Source: Anaeramoeba ignava BMAN
Lineage: Eukaryota > Protista > Anaeramoebae
DNA: 64,000 nucleotides
Direction of reading: 5' to 3'
NCBI GenBank assembly: GCA_028826165.1
Contig: JAPDFW010000145.1
Location: forward strand, 1-64,000
A program made the translations under genes and the position numbers. Positions within the stretch are counted from its first letter, which is position 1. Each line of letters begins with the position of its first letter. Under the pieces are notes generated by a model, which did not search any database, had not been told where the DNA came from, and saw only the letters and a list, made by a program, of their open reading frames with translations. Shown here one piece after another: positions 53,946 to 64,000 of this stretch.

Positions 53946-54309
53946 TTTGAATTTGATTTGAATTTGATTTGAATTTGATTTGAATTAAATTTGAATTTGA
54001 TTTGAATTTAATTTGAATTTGATTTGAATTTAATTTTAATTTAATTTGAATTTGAATTTAATTTGAATTTAATTTGAATTTGATTTTGAATTTGAATTTG
54101 AATTTGATTTGAATTTGATTTGAATTTGATTTGAATTTGAATTTAATTTGAATTTAATTTTAATTTAATTTGAATTTGAATTTAATTTTAATTTAATTTG
54201 AATTTGAATTTAATTTGAATTTAATTTAATTTGAATTTAATTTGATTTGAATTTAAAACAAATAAATAAATATTTATTTCTTTTGGTTATTTTTCTTTTT
54301 TCTTTTTTC

Positions 54310-55830
54310 ATTTTCAATTACATTTTCAATTACATTTTCAATTACATTTTCAATTACATTTTCAATTACATTTTCAATTACATTTTCAATTTCATTTTCA
54401 ATTACATTTTCAATTTCAATTTCAATTACATTTTCAATTACATTTTCAATTACATTTTCAATTACATTAAAAAATTTTCAATTACATTTTCAATTACATT
54501 TTCAATTACATTTTCAATTTCATTTTCAATTACATTTTCAATTAATTCATTTCCATTTTCAATTACAATTTTTTACATTTTCAATTACATTTTCAATTAC
54601 ATTTTCAATTACATTTTCAATTACATTTTCAATTTCATTTTCAATTACATTTTCATTTCATTTCATTTTCAATTACATTTTCAATTACATTTTCATTTCA
54701 TTTTCAATTACATTTTCAATTACATTTTCAATTACATTTTCAATTACATTTTCAATTACATTTTCAATTACATTTTCAATTACATTTTCATTTCATTTCA
54801 TTTTAATTTTAATTTTCAATTTATTTTTTGAATTTAATTTTCAATTACATTTTCAATTACATTTTCAATTACATTTTCAATTATTTTCAATTTATTTTCA
54901 ATTTCATTTTCAATTCATTTTCAATTACATTTTCAATTACATTTTCAATTACATTTTCAATTACATTTTCAATTACATTTTCAATTACATTTTCAATTAC
55001 ATTTTCAATTACATTTTCAATTACATTTTCAATTACATTTTCAATTACATTTTCAATTTTGAATTTTCAATTTAATTTTTCATTTAATTTGAATTTTCAA
55101 TTACATTTTCAATTTCATTTTCAATTACATTTTCAATTTACATTTTCAATTACATTTTCAATTACATTTTCAATTACATTTTTCAATTTTCATTTTTCAT
55201 TTTCAATTACATTTTCAATTACATTTTCAATTACATTTTCAATTACATTTTCAATTTCATTTTCAATTACATTTTCAATTACATTTTCAATTACATTTTC
55301 AATTACATTTTCAATTACATTTTCAATTACATTTTCAATTACATTTTCAATTACATTTTCAATTACATTTTCAATTACATTTTCAATTACATTTTCAATT
55401 ACATTTTCAATTACATTTTCAATTACATTTTCAATTACATTTTCAATTTCATTTCATTTCATTTCATTTTCAATTTCATTTTCATTTCATTTTCAATTAC
55501 ATTTTCAATTTCATTTTCAATTACATTTTCATTTCATTTTCATTACATTTTCAATTACATTTTCAATTACATTTTCAATTTCATTTTCAATTACATTTTC
55601 AATTACATTTTCAATTTCATTTTCAATTACATTTTCAATTACATTTTCAATTACATTTTCAATTACATTTTCAATTACATTTTCAATTACATTTTCAATT
55701 ACATTTTCAATTACATTTTCAATTTCATTTTCAATTACATTTTCAATTACATTTTCAATTACATTTTCAATTACATTTTCAATTTAATTTTCAATTACAT
55801 TTTCAATTACATTTTCAATTTCATTTTCAA
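54310..55830. repeat. 12-bp minisatellite (TTTTCAATTACA)n
   Basis: Tandem units, source of the FSIT/FNYI pseudo-ORFs. Short paralog at ~34465-34560. Confidence 0.95.
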
Positions 55831-58794
55831 TTTCAATTTATATTTTATAAACAAATAAATAAAATATTTTTAATTGTAATTTATTTTATTTTCATTTTAT
55901 TTTGTGTGTAAATGAATTTTGAAAAAAATCAAAAAAAATAAAATTAATAAAATAAAAAATAAATTTTGAAAATAATAATTGAATTATTAATAAAATAAAA
56001 AATATTAAAATTAATTAATTAATTAATTATAAATGAAAATTTATTATTATTAATTATTAAAATAAATAAATTTGAAATGAAAAATAATAAATAAAAATGA
56101 ATATTAATTATATTATATAAATATAAATGAATGAATATATAATTAATAAATATATAATAATAAATATCAATTCAAAATATATGTAATATAAAATGTTTAA
56201 AAATAAAAATAAATTTTTAAAAGTATAAATCAAAATAAATAATATTTTTATCAACTTTATTTCAATTTATATAAATATAAATCAAAAAAAATAAAAAAAA
56301 ATCAAATTTTATTCTAACTTATATATTTTAAACATTTTTCAATAATAAATATTAAATCAAAATATATATTCAAAATTAATATAATAATGAAATCAAATTT
56401 ATTATCAATATTATATTAATAAATAATATAATATCAAATAATAAATATATTAATAAAAAATATATTAATAAAAATATATTTTATTAAATATTCTTTTTGG
56501 ATTTGATTTTTATTTTGTAATTCTTTTTATATTTTTTTAGAATAATTATTTATTTATTTTCATTTATTATTTTATTTAAAATTTCATTTTAATTTCATTT
56601 ACAATTTAATTTATTTTAAATATAATTTAATTTCATTTTCAATTCATTTTCAATTTCATTTTAATTTAGATTTGAATTTAATTTAGATTTGAATTTGATT
56701 TGATTTGATTTGATTTGAATTTGATTTGATTTTGATTTTTATTTTGAATTTAATTTGAATTTAATTTGAATTTAATTTGAATTTGAATTTGAAATTGATT
56801 TGAATTTAATTTGAATTTAAATTTGAATTTAATTTGAATTTGATTTGAATTTAATTTGAATTTGAATTTTAATTTTAATTTTAATTTTAATTTGAATTTG
56901 ATTTGAATTTGAATTTTAATTTTAATTTGAATTTGATTTGAATTTGAATTTAAATATAATTTAATTTCATTTTCAATTTCATTTTTATTTTCATTTTCAT
57001 TTAGATTTGAATTATAAAATAAATGAAATTAAATAAAATTAATAATTAATTAATATTAAATAAATATTCTATTTATATTCATTATTATTAATAACTATTT
57101 ATATATCTATTCATTTTATTTGATTTATTTATTTGATTTATTCTTTATTCATTAATCTCATTTTAAATTAATTTATTGAAAATTTTGTAACAAAAATTAA
57201 TAAATAAATAAATAAAAGATATTTTGAATTGAAATTAATCAAAAATATAATTAAAAGTTGTTTAATTTAATTTAATTTAAATTTAATTTAATTTAATTTA
57301 ATTTAATAAAAAGATAAAAAGTATTTTTGAAATGGAGAAAATAAAATTATAAATTAAAAGGAGAAAAATAGAAAAGATAAAAAGTATTTTTTTGAAAAGA
57401 TAAAAAGTATTTTTTTGAAAAGATAAAAAGTATTTTTTTGAAATGGAGAAAATATATAAAAATAAAAGGAGAAAAAAATAAATATAAAATTGATAATTGT
57501 TTTAATTATTTTTTTTCATTTTATTTTATTATTTTATTATTCTTTTATCAAAAATATAAATAATATTTATAAATAATAATTTAATTTTCATTTCAAAAAT
57601 AATTAATCTATAAAATATTAAATAATAATTAATATTAATATTAATTTCAATTATATTCAATTTTCAACTTAAATTTTAATTTAATTTTATTTTCATTTTC
57701 AATTTAATTTATATTTTGTAAACAATTTAATAAAATATTTTTAATTGTAATTTATTTTATTTTCATTTTATTTTTTGTGTAAATAAATTTTGAAAAATCA
57801 AAAATAAAAATAATAAATAAAAATAAATTTTGAAAATAATAATTGAATTATTAATAAAATAAAAATATTAGAATTAATTAATTAATTAATTATAAATGGA
57901 AATTTATTATTAATTATTAAAATAAATAAATTTGAAATGAAAAATAATAAATAAAAATGAATATTAATTATATTATATAAATAAAAGAATGAATATATAA
58001 TTAATAAATATATAATAATAAATATCAATCCAAAATATATATAATGTAAAATGTTTAAAAATAAAAATAAATTTTTAAAAGTATAAATCAAAATAAATAA
58101 TATTTTTTTATCAACTTTATTTCAATTTATATAAATATAAATCAAAAAAAAATAAAAAAAATCAAATTTTATTCTAATCTATATATTTTAAACATTTTCA
58201 ATAATAAATATTAAATCAAAAATATATATTCAAAATTAATATAATAATGTAATCAAATTTATTATCAATATTATATTAATAAATAATATAATAAATATAA
58301 TATCAGAATAATAAATATATTAATAAAAATATATTTTATTAAATATTCTTTTTTTGGATTTGATTTTTATTTTGTAATTCTTTTTATATTTTTTAGAATA
58401 ATTATTTATTTATTTTCATTTATTATTTTATTCAAAATTTCATTTTAATTTCATTTACAATTTAATTTATTTTAAATATAATTTAATTTCATTTTCATTT
58501 TCATTTTCATTTTCAATTTATTTTGAATTTAATTTGAATTTAATTTGAATTTATTTTAATTTGAATTTGATTTGAATTTGAATTTGATTTGAATTTAATT
58601 TTAATTTAATTTGAATTTGAATTTAATTTGAATTTGAATTTGATTTGATTTTAATTTGATTTTAATTTGATTTGAATTCATTTAAATTTTCAATTTAGAT
58701 TACAATCAACTTTACATAATAAATAAACACAAAAAAAAGTCAATCAATATTAATTTCTGATTTTTATTTTGATTTTTCTTATTATTTATTTTGA

Positions 58795-61700
58795 ATTCAA
58801 TTTACAATTAAATTAAATAAATAAATTCAATTTACAATTAAATTAAATAAATTAAATTCAATTTACAATTAAATTAAATAAATAATTAATTCAATTTACA
58901 ATTAAATAAATAATTCAATTTACAATTAAATATAATTCAATTTACAATTAAATTAAATAAATAATTCAATTTACAATTAAATTAAATAAATAATTCAATT
59001 TACAATTAAATATAATTCAATTTACAATTAAATTAAATAAATAATTAATTCAATTTACAATTAAATTTAATAATTCAATTTACAATTAAATCAATAAATA
59101 ATTCAATTTACAATTAAATTAAATAAATAATTAATTCAATTTACAATTAAATTAAATAAATAATTAATTCAATTTACAATTAAATTAAATAAATTCAATT
59201 TACAATTAAATTAAATAACAATTTAATTCAATTTACAATTAAATTAAATAAATAAATTCAATTTACAATTAAATTAAATAAATTCAATTCACAATTAAAT
59301 TAAATTAAATAAATATAATTCAATTTACAATTAAATAAATTCAATTCACAATTAAATTAAATATAATTCAATTTACAATTAAATTAAATAAATTCAATTT
59401 ACAATTAAATTAAATTAATTAATTCAATTTACAATTAAATTAAATTAATTAATTCAATTTATAATTAAATTAAATTAATTAATTCAATTTATAATTAAAT
59501 TAAATAAATAAATTCAATTCACAATTAAATTAATAAATAAATTCAATTTACAATTAAATTAAATAAATTAATTCAATTTACAATTAAATTAAATAAATTA
59601 ATTCAATTTACAATTAAAATTAATAAATAAATTCAATTTATAATTAAATTAAATAAATAAATTCAATTTACAATTAAATTAATAAATAAATTCAATTTAC
59701 AATTAAATCAATAAATAATTCAATTTATAATTAAATTAATAAATAAATTCAATTTATAATTAAATCTATAAATAATTCAATTTACAATTAAATAAATTCA
59801 ATTCAATTTACAATTAAATTAAATATAATTCAATTTACAATTAAATTAAATAAGTAATTCAATTTACAATTAAAATTAAATAAATAAATTCAATTTACAA
59901 TTAAATTAAATAAATAAATTCAATTTACAATTAAATTAAATAAATAATTCAATTTACAATTAAATTAATAAATAAAATTCAATTTACAATTAAATTAAAT
60001 AAATAAATTCAATTTACAATTAAATTAAAAATAAATTCAATTTACAATTAAATTAATAAATAAATTCAATTTACAATTAAATTAAAAATAATTCAATTTA
60101 CAATTAAATTAAATATAATTCAATTTACAATTAAATTAAATAAATTCAATTAAATTTACAATTAAATTAAATAAATAATTCAATTTACAATTAAATTAAA
60201 TAAATATAATTCAATTTACAATTAAATCAAAATAAATTCAATTCAATTTACAATTAAATTAATAAATAAATTCAATTTACAATTAAATTAAATAAATATA
60301 ATTCAATTCAATTTTACAATTAAATAAATTCAATTTACAATTAAATTAAATTACAAATAAATTCAATTTACAATTAAATTAATAAATAATAAATTCAATT
60401 TACAATTAAATTAAATAAATAATTCAATTTACAATTAAATTAAATAAATAATTCAATTTACAATTAAATTAAATAAATAATTCAATTTACAATTAAATTA
60501 AAATAAATTCAATTTACAATTAAATTAAAAATAAATTCAATTTACAATTAAATTAAAAATAAATTCAATTTACAATTAAATTAAAAATAAATTCAATTTA
60601 CAATTAAATTAAAATAAATTCAATTTACAATTAAATTAAAAATAAATTCAATTTACAATTAAATTAAATAAATTAAATTCAATTTACAATTAAATTAAAT
60701 TATAAAATAAATTCAATTTACAATTAAATTAATAATAAATAAATTCAATTTACAATTAAATTAAATAAATAATTCAATTTACAATTAAATTAAATAAATA
60801 AATTCAATTTACAATTAAATTAAATAAATAATTCAATTTACAATTAAATTAAATAAATAATTCAATTTACAATTAAATTAATAAATAATTCAATTTACAA
60901 TTAAATTAAAAATAAATTCAATTCAATTTACAATTAAATCAATAATTAATTCAATTTACAATTAAATCAATAAATAATTCAATTTACAATTAAATTAAAA
61001 ATAAATTCAATTCAATTTACAATTAAATCAATAATTAATTCAATTTACAATTAAATCAATAATTAATTCAATTTACAATTAAATCAATAATTAATTCAAT
61101 TTACAATTAAATCAATAATTAATTCAATTTACAATTAAATTAAATCAATAATTAATTCAATTTACAATTAAATCAATAATTAATTCAATTTACAATTAAA
61201 TCAATAAATTAATTCAATTTACAATTAAATCAATAATTAATTCAATTTTACAATTAAATTAAATAAATAAAATTCAATTTACAATTAAATCAATAAATTA
61301 ATTCAATTTACAATTAAATCAATAAATAATTCAATTTACAATTAAAATCAATAATTAATTCAATTTACAATTAAATCAATAATTCAATTTACAATTAAAT
61401 CAATAAATTAATTCAATTTACAATTAAATCAATTAATTCAATTTCAAATTAAATTAATAAATTAATTCAATTTACAATTAAATCAATAAATTAATTCAAT
61501 TTACAATTAAATCAATAATTAATTCAATTTACAATTAAATCAATAATTAATTCAATTTACAATTAAATCAATAATTAATTCAATTTACAATTAAATCAAT
61601 AAATTAATTCAATTTACAATTAAATCAATAATTAATTCAATTTACAATTAAATTAATAAATAATTAATTCAATTTACAATTAAATCAAAATTAATTAAAA

Positions 61701-61845
61701 AATAATTCAATTTACAATTAAATATAATTAATTCAATTTACAATTAAATCAATAATTAAATTCAATTTACAATTAAATCAATAATTAATTCAATTTACAA
61801 TTAAATCAATAATTAATTCAATTTACAATTAAATCAAATTAAATT
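58795..61845. repeat. TTCAATTTACAATTAAA variable-linker minisatellite, ~3 kb
   Basis: Same core. The linker shifts to TCAATAATTAA in the distal third. Confidence 0.93.
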
Positions 61846-62197
61846 ACATTTTATTTTCATTTTATTTATTTATTAACAAAACGAATTTATGTTCAAACAC
61901 TTATTTTTCAATTTTATTTCAATTTTATTTGATTTTCATTGATTTATTTTGATTTTCAATTATTTTGAATTAAAACAGAACAAAAAGTAAATCAATATTG
62001 AATTAAGTTATTTTATTATATTTTTTATTTGATTTAATATAAAACAATTATTTCACTTCAATTGTAAAACAAAATTGAAGTATGTTTTGAATTAATTCAC
62101 AAGATAATTTTATTTCATTCACATTTATTTCAATTCAAATTTATATTCAATTTCAATTATAGTTAATTTATAAAGGAAATAAAAAGGAAATTAAAAT

Positions 62198-62224
62198 GGG
62201 GTTGAGTTGAAGGGGCATAAGGGG
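62198..62224 (+). promoter_or_regulatory. G-quadruplex motif, copy 4 (second G-tract disrupted)
   Basis: GGGG-TT-GAG-TTGAA-GGGG-CATAA-GGGG. Confidence 0.4.
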
Positions 62225-64000
62225 ATTAATAATAATTTATTCATAATTTATTCATAATTTAATTTATTTTTTATTTTTATTTTTAATTTATGTTTTTAAT
62301 TTTGAAATTTATTTTTATATTTGATATATATATTTTTAGTATTTTGTAAATTAAAATATTTATAAATAAATATTTATTTTAATTTAATTTAATTTAATTT
62401 AATTTTGTTTTAATTTTGTTTTTTATTAATTTAGAATTAATAATCAATTTTTAAAATATAATATATATTTTATCTTCTTTTTCTTCTTCTTCAATTTATT
62501 TATTTATTTATTTATTTGCAATTTCATTTTCAATTTAATTTAATTTAATTTTCAATTTCATTTTACAATTTAATTTCTATTTTTAAAATTTAAATTTAAT
62601 TTAATTTAATTTTAATTCAATTTAATTCATATTTTATATTTTATAAATTAAATAAATAAAATATTTTTAATTGTAATTTATTTTATTTTCATTTTATTTT
62701 GTGTGTAAATGAATTTTGAAAAATCAAAAATAAAATTAATAAAATAAATAAAAATAAATTTTGAAAATAATAATTGAATTATTAATAAAATAAAAATATT
62801 AGAATTAATTAATTAATTATAAATGGAAATTTATTATTATTAATTATTAAAATAAATAAATTTGAAATGAAAAATAATAAATAAAAATGAATATTAATTA
62901 TATTATATAAATATAATGAATGAATATATAATTAATAAATATATAATAATAAATATCAATTCAAAAATATATATAATGTAAAATGTTTAAAAATAAAAAT
63001 AAATTTTAAAAGTATAAATCAAAATAAATAATATTTTTTTATCAACTTTATTTCAATTTATATAAATATAAATCAAAAAAAATAAAAAAATCAAATTTTA
63101 TTCTAATTTATATATTTTAAACATTTTTCAATAATAAATATTAAATCAAAATATATATTCAAAATTAATATAATAATGTAATCAAATTTATTATCAATAT
63201 TATATTAATAAATAATATAACAAATATAATATAAGAATAATAAATATATTAATAAAAATATATTTTATTAAATATTCTTTTTTTTGGATTTGATTTTTAT
63301 TTTGTAATTCTTTTTATATTTTTTAGAATAATTATTTATTTATTTTCATTTATTATTTTATTCAAAATTTCATTTTAACTTCATTTACAATTTAATTTAT
63401 TTTAAATATAATTTAATTTCCATTTCCATTTTCAATTTAATTTAGATTTGAATTTGATTTGATTTGGATTTGATTTTAATTTGATTTGAATTTGAATTTA
63501 ATTTGATTTGAATTTGAATTTGAATTTAATTTGAATTTAATTTGAATTTGATTTAATTTAATTTAATTTGAATTTAAATTTAATTTGAATTTAATTTGAT
63601 TTGAATTTGAATTTAATTTGAATTTGATTTTAATTTGAATTTAATTTGAATTTGAATTTGAATTTGAATTTGAATTTGATTTGAATTTAATTTGAATTTG
63701 AATTTGATTTGAATTTGATTTGAATTTGATTTTCATTTAAATTTTCAATTTAGATTACAATCAACTTTACATAATAAATAAACACAAAAAAAAATCAATC
63801 AATATTCATTTCTGATTTTTATTTTGATTTTTCTTATTATTTTGATTTTGAATTAAATTTACAATTAAATTAAATAAATTAATTCAATTTACAATTAATT
63901 TACAATTTAATTCAATTCAATTTACAATTAAATTAAATAAATTCAATTCACAATTAAATTAAATAAATTCAATTTACAATTAAATTAAATAAATTCAATT

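Larger units (their letters stand above)
31790..63420. repeat. Dispersed ~750-800-bp repeat family (about 12 copies) forming the scaffold of a higher-order repeat
   Basis: Unit TTTTGTGTGTAAATGAATTTTGAAAAATC...ATCAGAATAATAAAT...TTCTTTTTGGATTTG at ~31800, 33150, 34640 (partial), 36200, 37690, 40760, 42320, 46560, 50050 (split by the Crypton), 55870, 57740 and 62660. Confidence 0.9.

Noticed and set aside
54247-55787. FNYI and FSIT ORFs
   Set aside because: Translations of the 12-bp TTTTCAATTACA array.

Overview
Extremely AT-rich eukaryotic (protist-like) DNA. The window opens in the 3' ~1 kb of a cytoplasmic large-subunit (28S/26S) rRNA gene. It then runs for ~63 kb through rDNA spacer or rDNA-flanking DNA made of nested satellites (12-, ~25-, ~100-, 145-, 170-, 180- and ~800-bp units) arranged in two higher-order domains (~1.3-27 kb and ~31-64 kb). 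No SSU rRNA gene is reached. Embedded elements: (i) an IS630/Tc1-mariner-type DD36E transposase with a Pax paired-like N-terminus, frameshifted, followed by an intron-containing passenger gene (10.0-13.6 kb, minus strand); (ii) an intact ~2-kb Crypton-type tyrosine-recombinase element (50499-52472) inserted into one ~800-bp repeat copy with a TTTAT direct repeat; (iii) three GC-rich, highly foldable islands (two near-identical copies at 6.5 and 24.1 kb, one unrelated at 35.1 kb); and (iv) a repeated G-quadruplex motif. The most striking observation is that the Crypton carries an internal region complementary to its own joined ends, resembling the DIRS ICR and the CTXphi attP. This suggests a folded single-stranded-DNA recombination substrate. 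Most ORFs in the supplied track are translations of microsatellites. Repeat boundaries were read by eye and are approximate.
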